Shown here: piece by piece, positions 24,799 through 38,470 of the stretch
How the letters are laid out: every line of letters begins with the position of its first letter
Position numbering within the stretch: the first letter of the stretch is position 1
Assembly: GCA_964016885.1 (NCBI GenBank)
Contig: OZ024740.1
Coordinates: 259,966,001 to 260,030,000, forward strand
Length of the DNA stretch: 64,000 nt
Direction of reading: 5' to 3'
Origin: Eledone cirrhosa
Lineage: Eukaryota
Notes under the pieces: model-generated
What the model was told of the DNA's origin: nothing
Databases searched by the model: none
What the model saw: only the letters and a program-made list of their open reading frames with translations
Program-made: the position numbers and the translations under genes

Positions 24799-24881
24799 TG
24801 CTCTCTGATGATCTAAACTTTTCCATTGGAGTCCCCTAGGGATCTCCAATCTTTTGCGAAGTGAAACCGTCGGTATAAGCA
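24799..24881 (+). ncRNA. Degenerate hammerhead-like motif
   Basis: CTGATGA (24805), internal hairpin attggagtccc/gggatctccaat, then GAAA CCGTCGG TA. Stems I and II are weak. Confidence 0.45.
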
Positions 24882-24963
24882 AATGGAATAGGTAAATATT
24901 TAAATTATATTTTTTAATTTATTTTAAAAAAATTGTTTGAATCTTGCTTGCTCCGCTTATCTC

Positions 24964-25014
<51 letters not shown>

Positions 25015-25017
25015 CAT

Positions 25018-25450
25018 GGGAAAAGTAAGAAATCGGAGAATAGACCGTTAAAACATGTTTATTTAAAACAGCACCTACGTATGTTTCGCCCAGTTGGGCT
25101 TCTCAAGGGCATAAATAACCAAAAGTGTTCCTTACATGCTCGGAAAGAGGTTTTGGGTTTTTCCGAGCAATGTAAGGAACACTTTTGGTTATTTATGCCC
25201 TTGAGAAGCCCAACTGGGCGAAACGTGCGTAGGTGCTGTTTTAAATAAACATGTTTTAACGGTCTATACTCCAATTTCTTACTTTCCCACGTGCTTACGC
25301 TCTGCTAATTCTCTAGTCCACTAAATATTAACACTTCGATATCTAATACTGCCGGCACTAGTATCGAGCACCTTTGGTATACGCTACTTGGCAAATAACT
25401 ATATGTATCACCTATCCTCCCCTGTTTTTCTCTCTCTCGATACGTAAATA

Positions 25451-25452
<2 letters not shown>
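25018..25452 (+). mobile_element. Fold-back element (~128-bp arms plus ~160-bp tail) with an HHR in each arm
   Basis: Palindrome 25018-25288; tail motif atcgagcacctt at 25363; (TA)n on both sides. Confidence 0.8.
25198..25233 (+). ncRNA. Minimal hammerhead, U3-A8 core variant; antisense twin at 25074-25109
   Basis: cc TTGAGAA GCCC aact GGGC GAAA C gtgc G TA gg. The other arm has loop atac, so the consensus loop is the palindrome gtac. Confidence 0.7.
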
Positions 25453-25517
<65 letters not shown>

Positions 25518-25854
25518 CATACATGTGTATCTGTGTGTGTATATATATATGTGTGTGTATGTGTATGTGTATATATGTGTATATATGTGTATATATATAT
25601 ATATATAAGTGTATATATATATATATATGTGTAATTACATATACATGTGTATATATATATATATATATGTATAATTATATATACATGTGTGTGTATATAT
25701 ATATATAATTATATATACATGTGTATGTCTATATATATATAATTATATATACATGTGTATGTCTATATATATATATATATAATTATATATACATGTGTGT
25801 GTATATATATATATATATAATTATATATACATGTGTGTGTCTATATATATATAT

Positions 25855-26048
25855 CATCATCATCTTCGTTTAACGTCCACTTTCCACGCTAGCATGGGTT
25901 AGACGGGAGTTGTCCCCACTTGAGGCAAGGTTGGTCGGGTGACCGTGTCTCGCTCATATAGGACTATCTGGCAGGTTTTCTATGGCTGGATGCCCCTTCC
26001 TAAAACCAACCACATTTATAGTGTGGACCAACACATTTACAGTGTGGA
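25855..26048 (-). mobile_element. RTE 3' tail fragment
   Basis: catcatcttcgtttaacgtcc...ggctggatgcccc. Confidence 0.8.
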
Positions 26049-26127
26049 ATATATATATATAATTATATAAACATGTGTGTCTCTATATATATATAATTAT
26101 ATACATGTGTATAAAAATAAGAGAAAA

Positions 26128-27388
26128 AATAAGCCACTATACTTAGCCTTTGTTGACCTAGAGAAGGCCTTTGATAGGGTACCCCGGTCTATCATCTGGT
26201 GGGCCCTAAGGAAACAAGGTGTTGAGGATGTCTTGTGAGGACAGTGCAAACTTTGTACAGAGGTGCTGTCAGTAAAGTCAGGGTAAGAATGGAGTTTAGT
26301 GAGGAATTCCAGATACAAGTAGCAGTACATCAAGGTTCGTTCCTCAGCCCGCTCTTGTTCATTATAGTCCTCCAAGCCATAACAGAGGAGTTTAAGACTG
26401 GTTGTCCATGGGAACGATCTGATTCTTATATAGCAGAATCAGTAGAGGAGCTGGAGAATAAATTCTGGCTATGGAAACAGCAGTTGGAAGCATGAGGACT
26501 GAGAGTGAACCTAACTAAGACAAAAGTGTTGATGAGTAGAAAAGAGGACAAAACTCTGATTCCGTCAGGGAAATGGCCATGTTTGATATGCAGAAAAGAA
26601 CTGGCATAAATTCTATAAATGCACACAATGCAGATCCTGGGTACACAAGAGATGTAGCGGGATAGCAGACAAACTAACAGGTAGGGGAGAAATACGTATG
26701 CAGAAATACGTACAGGGAAATTTGGCAGTAGAAGTCGCATTGATAGACACATTTTTCAAATGCAGGAGGCCGCTATAGAAGTGGTGGATAGCTTCCAGTA
26801 CCTAGGAGATCAGATTAGCATGGCGGGGGGGGGGGGGGGGGGGGGGGGCCGAGGCCATAGTATCGAGAATAAGGACGGGTTGGAAGAAGTTTAGGGAGCT
26901 GCTTCCTCTGCTGGCGAAGAAGGGGTTTCTCCCTGCATACGAAAGACCAGTTATATGATGCTGTGTGAGGAGCGCAATGCTGCATGGTAGTGAGACATGG
27001 GCAGCAACAGCAAGGATATGCGACGGCTGGATAGAAATGAGGCAAGCATGCTCCGTTGGATGTGCAATGTCAATGTGTGAGAGAGAAAGTGTGTCTGAGA
27101 GGGATAGAATGTAGTGTGCGAGAGAGGAGACTGAGGTGGTATGGACATGTGATGCGCATGGAGGATGACCGACGGGTGAAGAAGTGACAGGAAATGCCAG
27201 TTGAAGGAAGACGTGGTAGAGGTAGACCACGAAAAACATGGGTGGAGGTGGTGAGAACAGACCTCAGATCGCTGAAGCTCACAGTGGAGATGACGAAGGA
27301 CCGTGACAAGTGGAGAGATTGTGTGCTGAATAAGACCCATCCCACCCTTGCAAGCAGGGAAAAGCGGACGTAAAATGATGATGATGAT
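26128..27388 (+). mobile_element. Older, heavily decayed RTE RT fragment
   Basis: [40 protein letters not shown]; many stops; (GAT)n tail. Confidence 0.88.
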
Positions 27389-27403
27389 GTGTGTCTATAT
27401 ATA

Positions 27404-27434
<31 letters not shown>

Positions 27435-27440
27435 CATACA

Positions 27441-27474
<34 letters not shown>

Positions 27475-27480
27475 CATACA

Positions 27481-27532
<52 letters not shown>

Positions 27533-27591
27533 TGTGTGTGTGGGTGGGTGTGTATGTATATGTATATATATATATATATATATACGTATAT

Positions 27592-27790
27592 AACAGAGAG
27601 GGTGTGGTAAGAGACAAGCTGGACCAGAACGCACCAGAGTACTCGATACTTGGGGTAGTAGAGTGGGTAATATGAAAAGATTCAGTACCCCGACGACTGA
27701 GCTCCGGCTGTTTCGATAGCTAGATCGGATCTAGCTGTCGAAACGGCCGGAGCTCAGCCATCGGCCATCCTGAATATTTTCATTTATATA
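27592..27790 (-). mobile_element. Short fold-back element with tail, same family as 52580
   Basis: Hairpin ctgagctccggctgtttcgatagctagatc/gatctagctgtcgaaacggccggagctcag; tail motif atcgagtactct on the minus strand at 27636-27647. Confidence 0.65.
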
Positions 27791-27811
27791 TATATAGGTG
27801 TGTGTGTGTGT

Positions 27812-27977
27812 GTTAAGTATTTCCGTAAAAAGGTAAAGGCAAGAAGAGTGCTCTATATAGAGCTATTTAATTAATTACATACTAACACAATATAATTATT
27901 CCATAACCAAAGGGTTTCGGTAGTAAGGATCGTCTAGTTTCTTGAAACCTTTGGTAATGGAATTATATTGTGTTGTT
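27812..27977 (-). mobile_element. Short fold-back element related to the 41733 and 53006 HHR families; 5' half of the HHR lost
   Basis: Inverted aacacaatataatt..ccataaccaaagggtttc / gaaacctttggtaatggaattatattgtgtt; tail motif atagagcactct on the minus strand at 27845-27856. Confidence 0.6.
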
Positions 27978-27998
27978 TATTATGTGTGTGTGTGTATA

Positions 27999-28045
<47 letters not shown>

Positions 28046-28084
28046 TATACATGTGCGTGGGCGTGTTCATTAATTCATTGAATT

Positions 28085-28322
28085 TAAGTGTGTGTCTGTG
28101 TATTCCACGTAATTCTCAGGGAGATTCAGTTTGACAGGTATGATATAACTGACTGCTTGAAGTAAGTCCATACGACGGACTTCCAAGCCGTCTCCGCCTA
28201 CCCAATTCTTCTCAAAGAGCATGGTTGACACGAGGCTATAGCAAATGACATTTATCCAAGAATACACGCAGTTGGACAGAACCCAAGACGTAATAACTGC
28301 GAAGGAAACTCGTTAACCATTC
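28085..28322 (-). mobile_element. Diverged tRNA-derived SINE resembling the abundant octopus SINE family
   Basis: Minus strand gggttctgtccaactgcgtg...ctatagcctcg...gaagtccgtcgtat; recognised from memory, not searched. Confidence 0.55.
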
Positions 28323-28399
<77 letters not shown>

Positions 28400-28689
28400 C
28401 GCGTGTACGCATACGTACATATAAACACGTATATGCATGCATACAACAATGTATAGGATACAAAGAGAGAAAAGTCTTGGGAAAACACCAAATATTGAAA
28501 TAACCATAGTATGGGATTGTTTGATAATTCATGGTAGCGTATGTTGATAAGACAACATCGTATGGTACCTCTTCTCAGTCAATGTTGACCAGCATGAGAG
28601 AGAGAGAGAGAGAGTTACCACTAATTATCTTTAGATACATAATATAAATACACGAGACGGCGGTCAGAAACAGAAAGCGACAGCCAAAG

Positions 28690-29125
28690 CGAGAGATTGA
28701 AGCATGTAGATAGATAGAAAACAGGGTATATTTCCAAAATGGTATTTAGGTTTAAACACAAGAAACACACAGAAACATAGATGGTAAGAGTGAAAAGGTG
28801 TGACAGATAGACATACAGATAGATAGGTACAGAGAGAGATAACAGGGTATGTTTCCAATGGCATTAAGGTATAAACACGGAAGACAGACACAATCAGAGA
28901 TAGACATACAGATAGATACATACAGGGATAAATGACAGGGTATGTTTTCAATGGTATTAAGGTATAAACACGGGAGACAGATAGAATCAGAGAGAGAGAG
29001 AGAGAACAGGGTATATTTCCAAAATGGTATTAAGGTATAAACATAGGGAGACAAACAGAAACAGAGATACCCAGAGTGATATAGATAAATAAATAGATAG
29101 ACAGAGAACAGAGTATGTTTCTGGT
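28690..29125. repeat. Degenerate dispersed tandem repeat, about 5 units
   Basis: acagggtatrtttccaa..tggtattaaggtataaacac recurs near 28721, 28842, 28936, 29007 and 29108, separated by GATA/GA spacers. Confidence 0.7.
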
Positions 29126-29159
29126 GGCAATTAAGAAATAAAATCTTCTTCCTTCCTAC

Positions 29160-29518
29160 CTGTGCTTCTGGCGTCCTCAGGTATAAATCCCAGACATTGT
29201 GTGAGGTCACTTTCACAGACATGGCAAAGGTTTTAGCAAAGGTTCTCGCGAAAACAATAAGACAAGCCAGATAAGTCAATGCAGTCACATCCAATTGATA
29301 TATCTATATATATCAGTTGGATAAATATTTTTTTTCACGAATGGACCGTGTAGAAGAAGCTTTGCAGTCGGATCTGTGTGTTTAGATAAACATTTCTAGA
29401 TGTGACAGGGTTAAAACTGGTTGTGGTAGCACGAATATCAGTCATTTCAACTCTGACTTTTATTTGCTTCGGTTGATAATAGCTAAGTGTCGTTTCGACA
29501 TCATGATGATGACAACTT
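29160..29518 (-). other. Probable host-gene exon (5' UTR plus possible first coding segment)
   Basis: Acceptor ttttttttctcttatttcAG| at 29519-29520 and donor CAG|GTAGGA at 29159. Unique sequence. Open frame (L)DVTALTYLACLIVFARTFAKTFAMSVKVTSHNVWDLYLRTPEAQ ends in phase 0. Confidence 0.55.
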
Positions 29519-29879
29519 CTGAAATAAGAGAAAAAAAATATGAACTGTATGTAAAAATATAAGCTACATGGTAGCTGCGAGGGTGAGGTTAGTTAGAATG
29601 GTGTTAAACGGGGGATGGGGGGGTGAAGGGTCATATATAATATGACCAAAGCATGACATGAGAAGTGGGGGGGGGGGGGGGAGCAAGTGCACCCGTGGAC
29701 AGTCAAGCGCTCCTATATAAATACAACGATGTTTTCTTTCTGTCAGCCGGAGTTTAAACAATTGCAACAGTGACAACTTGCAGAGAAAACTCCGACACAC
29801 AAACACACACATAAAATACGTAGTTTTAAGTCGAAATATTGCAGGCGGATTTCCTGTAAGCAAAGAAGCAGTAACTTAC

Positions 29880-30045
29880 CGACACCATTATCCATATTGT
29901 ATATAGACAGGGGCTTCTCTTTCTTACACACCACCACCATTAATTGCACCAGTGTTGTTCCTGCTGCTATTGTCGTAACAATACAGTCTTTCAAGCAACA
30001 GACACGAGACGAATCTAATTGTTACTAATTAAATAACACACACAC
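29880..30045 (-). other. Probable upstream, mostly non-coding exon
   Basis: Consensus donor G|GTAAGT at 29879-29874 defines a 361-bp intron to the acceptor at 29519. The 5' end is uncertain. Confidence 0.5.
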
Positions 30046-30257
30046 ATTTTCTTTCTTTCTTTCTCTCTATCTCTCTCTTTAAATATCTATATTTCCTCTT
30101 CTCCTTATGCCGCCTCTCTCTCTATTTCTATTTCTTTCTGTATATATACATTCCTACTTTTTCTTTCTCTGTCACATCCCCCGATATCTCCTTTTTTTAT
30201 CATTCTCTTGCCTTCAGTACTTTTACTTTCTTCCATGCCTTATTCTCTATCTCTCTC

Positions 30258-30349
30258 TATATATATTATATATATAATATAAAATATATATATATGTAAT
30301 ATAATATATATATGTAATATAAAATATATATATATATATGTAATACAAA

Positions 30350-30380
<31 letters not shown>

Positions 30381-30417
30381 ATACAAAATATATATATATA
30401 TATATATATATACAATA

Positions 30418-30454
<37 letters not shown>

Positions 30455-30455
30455 A

Positions 30456-30500
<45 letters not shown>

Positions 30501-30501
30501 A

Positions 30502-30540
<39 letters not shown>

Positions 30541-30541
30541 A

Positions 30542-30576
<35 letters not shown>

Positions 30577-30577
30577 A

Positions 30578-30630
<53 letters not shown>

Positions 30631-30631
30631 A

Positions 30632-30686
<55 letters not shown>

Positions 30687-30687
30687 A

Positions 30688-30732
<45 letters not shown>

Positions 30733-32220
30733 ACAAAATATATATATATATATATACAATACAAAATATATATATATATATACAAAATATATATATATAT
30801 ATACACAATACATATATATATACAATACATATATATATATATATACAATACATATATATATATATATATAAAATACATATATATATATATAAAATACATA
30901 TATATATATATATAAAATACATATATATATATATATAAAATACATATATATATATATATAAAATACATATATATATATATATAAAATATATATATATATA
31001 AAATACATATATATATATATATAAAATACATATATATATATATATATAAAATACATATATATATATATATATAAAATACATATATATATATATATAAAAT
31101 ACATATATATATATATATAAAATACATATATATATATATATAAAATACATATATATATATATATATAAAATACATATATATATATATATATAAAATACAT
31201 ATATATATATATATATAAAATACATATATATATATATATAAAATACATATATATATATATATATAAAATACATATATATATATATATATAAAATACATAT
31301 ATATATATATAAAATATATATATATATATATAAAATATATATATATAAAATATATATATATAAAATATATATATATAAAATATATATATATAAAATATAT
31401 ATATATAAAATACATATATATAAAATACATATATATATATATAAAATACATATATATATATATATATAAAATACATATATATATATATATATATATATAA
31501 AATACATATATATATATATATATATAAAATACATATATATATATATATATAAAATACATATATATATATACAAAATACATATATATATATATATAAAATA
31601 TATATATATATATAAAATACATATATATATATATATAAAATACATATATATATATATATAAAATACATATATATATATATATAAAATACATATATATATA
31701 TATATAAAATACATATATATATATATATAAAATACATATATATATATATATAAAATGCATATATATATATATATATAAAATACATATATATATATATATA
31801 TAAAATACATATATATATATATATATAAAATACATATATATATATATAAAATACATATATATATATATATAAAATATATATATATATATAAAATACATAT
31901 ATATATATATATAAAATACATATATATATATATATAAAATACATATATATATATATATATATAAAATACATATATACATATATATATAAAATACATATAT
32001 ACATATATATATAAAATACATATATACATATATATATAAAATACATATATATATATATAAAATACATATATATATATATAAAATACATATATATATATAT
32101 ATAAAATACATATATATATATATAAAATACATATATATATATAAAATACATATATATATATATAAAATACATATATATATATATATATATAAAATACATA
32201 TATATATATATATATATAAA

Positions 32221-32262
<42 letters not shown>

Positions 32263-32660
32263 CATATATATATATATAAAATACATATATATATATATAA
32301 AATACATATATATATCTATAAAATACATATATATATATATATATATATAAAATACATATATATAAAATACATATATATATATATAGAAAATACATATATA
32401 TATATATATAAAATACATATATATATATATATAAAATACATATATATATATATATAAAATACATATATATATATATATAAAATACATATATATATAAAAT
32501 ACATATATATATATATAAAATACATATATATATATATATATAAAATACATATATATATATATATATATAAAATACATATATATATATATATATATAAAAT
32601 ACATATATATATATATATATATAAAATACATATATATATATATATAAAATACATATATAT
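30258..32660. repeat. Higher-order (TA)n array with units (TA)nCAATACAAAA then (TA)nAAATACA
   Basis: Read directly from the sequence. Confidence 0.95.
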
Positions 32661-34517
32661 CGTTAACTGTTATAAGGGTAAAGGAGATGCCCTAGATAGG
32701 AGTAACTATAGAGGCATTAAATTAATCGACCAGGTCATAAAGGTCACGGAAAAAGTAATAGCGCAACTAATCAGAGAGAGAATTGATCTAGATGAAATGC
32801 AGTTCGGGTTTGTGTCAGGCAAAAGCACCACAGACGCTCTTTTCATAGTACGACAACTACAGGAGAAGTACCTAGCTAAAGGTAAACCCCTCTACTTAGC
32901 TTTTGTCGACTTGGAGAAAGCCTTCGACAGAGTCCCCCGCTCCATTATCTGGTGGGCTCTTAGAAAACTAGGCGTTGACGAATGGCTTGTGAGGGCTATA
33001 CAAGCCATGTATAAAGAAACAGTCAGCAAGGTTAGAATTAACAACGAATATAGTGAAGAGTTTAGCGTAAAAGTTGGCGTCCATCAGGGCTCTGTTCTCA
33101 GCCCCCTACTATTTATTATTGCCCTTCAGGCTATAACAGAGGAGTTCAAGACAGGCTGCCCATGGGAACTCCTATACGCAGACGACCTGACACTCATAGC
33201 GGAATCAATGGCCGAGCTAGAGAAGAAATTCCAAACATGGAAGCACGGCCTAGAGTCAAAAGGACTTAAAATTAACCTGGCTAAGACCAAAGTTCTAGTT
33301 TGTAGGAAAGAAAACAAGGTGGCGGGCCCTTCTGGGATATGGTCGTGCTCGGTGTGTAGGAAAGGTGTAGGTAGAAACTCCATTTTATGTCCTAAATGCA
33401 AAGTATGGGTGCATAAAAGATGTAGTGGGATCACAGGTAAGGTAACTAAGAACATAGATTTTACATGTGGCCGGTGTTCTGGTGCAATAAGTAGCAGCAA
33501 GTGCCCACAAAATACTAGCTCTTTCAATTGCGCAGAGGATTCTATAGAAATAGTGGACAGCTTCCGTTACCTGGGCGATAAAATCAGCAGTGGGGGAGGG
33601 TGCTCTGAAAGTACTGTAGCTAGAGTCAGAACTGGTTGGAAAAAGTTCAGAGAGCTTATACCACTATTAGCTGCTAAAGGGTTCTCCCTAAACATGAAAG
33701 GCAGGTTGTACGATGCCTGCATACGAACAGCAATGTTGCATGGCAGTGAGACCTGGGCATTGTGTGCAGAGGATATACGCAGACTAGAGAGGAACGAAGC
33801 TTGCATGCTCCGCTGGATGTGTAACAGTAATATACGTGAACGGCAAAGCATAAACGAACTAAGGAAAAAATTAGAGATAAGAGGTATCAGATGTTGTTTA
33901 CTCGAGAGAAGGGTACGTTGGTATGGACACGTGATGCGCATGAAAGTCGATAGCTGTATAACAAAGTGCAGGGCAATAAAGATAGACGGTAGTCACGGAA
34001 TAGGCAGACCTAGAAAAACCTGGGACGAGCTGATAAACTCCGACATCACACACTTACACCTCTCCAAGACAATGTCACTGGACCGAGACCTTTGGCGGTA
34101 CTCAGGAACAGAGAAGACCCGCCTTACCTAAATATATAGTAAAACCTACTCCAGCCAGTAGGCATCTCTAACAAAATACACCCCGTCCCACCACCACCCC
34201 CACCCCATCCACACCACCCCATTCTATGTAAAGTTATGTTGGTGCCGAGCCATCCAGGCCGAAAAAAATGAGATCGTGTAGGTGTCACGACAAAAAAACA
34301 CACAGTCCACGCTGTAATGTGGCCGTGTAGGCAACACGGTAAAAACCTCCCAGACCCACACTGTAAATGTGGTTGGTGTTAGGAAGGGCATCCAACTGTA
34401 GAAAACCTGCCAGACAGTCCTATGCGAGCAAGACGATCACTCTTGCCTCAAGTGGGACTACCCCCGTCCAAACCCATGCAAGCGTGGAGCACGGACGTTA
34501 AACGTTGATGATGATGA
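32661..34517 (+). mobile_element. Young 5'-truncated RTE LINE with an uninterrupted RT frame
   Basis: 444-aa ORF 32797-34131, open from the 5' junction, with all RT motifs and the C4HC3 finger; (GAT)n tail. Confidence 0.96.
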
Positions 34518-35137
34518 TATATATATATAAAATACATATATATATATATAAAATACATATATATATATATAAAATACATATATATATATAAAATACATAT
34601 ATATATATATATAAAATACATATATATATATAAAATACATATATATATATATATAAAATACATATATATATATAAAATACATATATATATATATAAAATA
34701 CATATATATATATATATAAAATACATATATATATATATAAAATACATATATATATATATAAAATACATATATATATATAAAATACATATATATATATGAA
34801 ATACATATATATATATATATAAAATATATATATATATATAAAATACATATATATATATATAAAATACATATATATATATATAAAATACATATATATATAT
34901 ATAAAATACATATATATATATATAAAATACATATATATATATATATAAAATACATATATATATATATATAAAATACATATACATATATATATATATAAAA
35001 TACATATATATATATATATATAAAATACATATATATATATATATAAAATACATATATATATATATATAAAATACATATATATATATATAAAATACATATA
35101 TATATATAAAATACATATATATATATATAAAATACAT

Positions 35138-35171
<34 letters not shown>

Positions 35172-35510
35172 AAATACATATATATATATAAAATACATAT
35201 ATATACAATACATATATATATATACAATACATATATATATATAAAATACATATATATATATAAAATATATATATATACAATACATATATATATAAAATAC
35301 ATATATATATATAAAATACATATATATATATAAAATACATATATATATATAAAATACATATATATATATACAATACATATATATATATACAATACATATA
35401 TATATATACAATACATATATATATATAAAACACATATATATATATAAAATATATATATATACAATACATATATATATATATAAATACATATATATATATA
35501 TATAAAATAT

Positions 35511-35544
<34 letters not shown>

Positions 35545-36326
35545 ATATATATATAAAATATATATATATAATATATATATATATAAAATATATATATATA
35601 TAAAATATATATATATATAAAATATATATATATATAAAATATATATATATAAAATATATATATATAAAATATATATATATATAAAATATATATATATAAA
35701 ATATATATATAAAATATAGATATATATAAAAAATATATATATATAAAAAATATATATATATAAAATATATATATATAAAAAATATATATATATAAAATAT
35801 ATATATATAAAATGGAAATATATATAAAAAATATATATATATAAAATGTATATATATATAAAAAATATATATATATATAAAATGTATATATATATATATA
35901 AAATATATATATATAAAATGTATATATATATATAAAATATATATATATAAAATGTATATATATATATATAAAATATATATATATATAATGTATATATATA
36001 TATATATAATGTATATATATATATATAAAATATATATATATATATAAAATATATATATATATATAAAATATATATATATGTAAAATATATATATATATAT
36101 AAAATATATATATATATAAAATATATATATATATATAAAATATATATATATATATAAAATATATATATATATATAAAATATATATATATATAAAATATAT
36201 ATATAAAATATATATATATATATAAAATATATATATATATAAAATATATATATATATAAAATATATATATATATATAAAATATATATATATATAAAATAT
36301 ATATATATATAAAATATATATATAAA

Positions 36327-36357
<31 letters not shown>

Positions 36358-36428
36358 ATATATATATAAAATATATATATAAAATATATATATATATATA
36401 TATATGAAATATATATATATATATATAT

Positions 36429-36473
<45 letters not shown>

Positions 36474-36685
36474 TATATACGTTATTCCGGGTTGAATCGG
36501 AGGTAACCACAGTAACTTCTAAAGAATGAAACAGTTCTAGTCCTGTAGAATCTCATCTATATTAAAATATATATATATATATAAAATATATATATATATA
36601 TAAAATATATATATATATATATAAAATATATATATATATATATAAAATATATATATATATATATAAAATATATATATATATATAT

Positions 36686-36750
<65 letters not shown>

Positions 36751-36900
36751 TATATATATATATATATAAAATATATATATATATATATATATAAAATATA
36801 TATATATATAATATATATATATATATAAAATATATATATATATATAAAATATATATATATATATATATAAAATATATATATATATATATATATAAAATAT
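34518..36900. repeat. (TA)nAAATACA / (TA)nAAA array with a short unique island at 36480-36560
   Basis: Read directly from the sequence. Confidence 0.93.
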
Positions 36901-38470
36901 TGTTATACTTTGGGAGGGTCATGTTGCCAATAAGAAACACACGCACCAGTTGCTTTCACTTCAATTTATTATATATTTATAAATTTACAAATTTATAAAT
37001 TTCTGGTTGGTTGGTTGGTTCCACAACCAGATAGTTGTTTATATATAGTCATAGTTCTTTCGTCACACACTCTGTGACCTCTTCAGTGACTGGGGATTTC
37101 TTTCTTTGTTTCTGTGTCTCTCCTTTCTTCTGTCCTACGCCATTTTGTTTCTGTGTGTGTGTTGTGTGCTCAGTCTGCGCATGCGCCACATCCGGGTGTC
37201 TGTGTGTGTTTATGTTCATTTATCTATTTGTTTATTTACATGTTACTGGTTGGTTGTTTGTTCTATGTGTGTGTGTGTTTTATTTTGTCCTTAATTGTAA
37301 GTTGTGATGTTGCTGTTCCACTCATATTTTCTATTTAATTTTGGTTGTAATTCTTTTATGTTTATTGCCTCTGTAATTTGTCTAAACATTGCATCTTTTC
37401 TGTGTGTAGATTCTATTTTTATTTCTATGTTCTCTAATTTACCCTTGTGTTCTATCTTAGCATGTTGGTAGAGTACAGATGATTCTTTATTATCTTGAAG
37501 GTCTCGCCAGTGTTCATTTATCCGTTCCCCTATACTACGAGCTGTCTCACCTATGTACACTATATTTTTGTTTCTACATTGTCCTTCAGTACATCTTATG
37601 CTATACACTACATTTCTAGTTTTACAGTTAATATGGGGGCTTATTTTACAGGTTATACATTTCTTATCTATACATGAGGGTCTTTGAAAAGGGTATGTCT
37701 TGTTAATAAGTGTTTTTACGGAGGTACCTGGTATTTCTACTATCTTAATATTGAGTTTATGTTTATTTAGGGCCCTTCTAAATTTGTAGGCTAGTTCGCC
37801 TCTAGGGGTTGTATCGATGAACATTACACTCTGGTATTTATTGCTATCATACCATGAGTTTATTCTATTAGCCTTGTTCCTAGTTCTTTCTATTCTATTC
37901 CAAAATTTGCTCCTATGCAAGGGGCAGGTCCCATTTATGTCATTATTTACCATTTTTTTCCCATTTGGTTCTGGCTCCTCTATACACTCTGATTCTATCT
38001 CTCTGATTGTAGCCAGAGAACTGCATACGGTGGATGAAGTGTTGTATGTGTCTCTCTAGTTCTTCGGGGTTGCACATGCGGGACACATTTCTCATCACCC
38101 GTACCAAATCCGCAATCAGTATGTTGATTTTGGTATGGTCCGAAATGGCCGAGTTTCGGTGGATCAGATGTTTGGAAGTCATGGGTTTGGCATAATGGGA
38201 ATGGAGGATTTGTTTTTGGTTGTTAATGGTATCTAACCAGAGCTCTGTGTCTAGTACAGGTAATCGATGGTTGGGGTGTCTACTTGGGTAGTCTATAGTA
38301 ACTCTAATGCTCTGGTGGATGGAGTTTGCTATTTGCTGGATGCTTTCCATTGTGTTTTTCTCTAGTTCCTGACTGTTCTCTAGTGGGGGTGTCTTAACTA
38401 CGATGTTTATATCATCTACGTAGCGGGAGTACATTATCAGGGTTAAGCTGTCTTCTAATTGTTCTTTAAG
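36899..38470 (-). mobile_element. 5'-truncated Penelope-like element: RT C-terminus, Cys-rich linker, GIY-YIG, pLTR
   Basis: YSRYVDD and LPVLDTEL (38434-37943); CIDKKCITC..CKTRNVVYSIRC..VYIGETARSIGERINEH..EAINIKELQPKLN (37953-37291); one frameshift. Confidence 0.92.
37047..37091 (-). ncRNA. Minimal type-I hammerhead in the PLE pLTR
   Basis: agtca CTGAAGA g GTCACA gagtg TGTGAC GAAA G aa C TA tgact; stem I is a perfect 5 bp. Confidence 0.78.

Noticed and set aside
27695-27765. cGAAACGGC hairpin family (also near 1790 and 52600) as complete ribozymes
   Set aside because: No CTGANGA in any of the three copies and stem III is unclear; kept only as fold-back elements.
28690-29125. Conserved ~38-bp motif with variable spacers, CRISPR-like in appearance
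   Set aside because: The spacers are related GATA/GA low-complexity sequence; this is a decayed minisatellite with no cas genes.
29703-29725. Plus-strand TATA box ctatataaata as a promoter
   Set aside because: No supported downstream plus-strand exon; such motifs are common in this AT-rich DNA.
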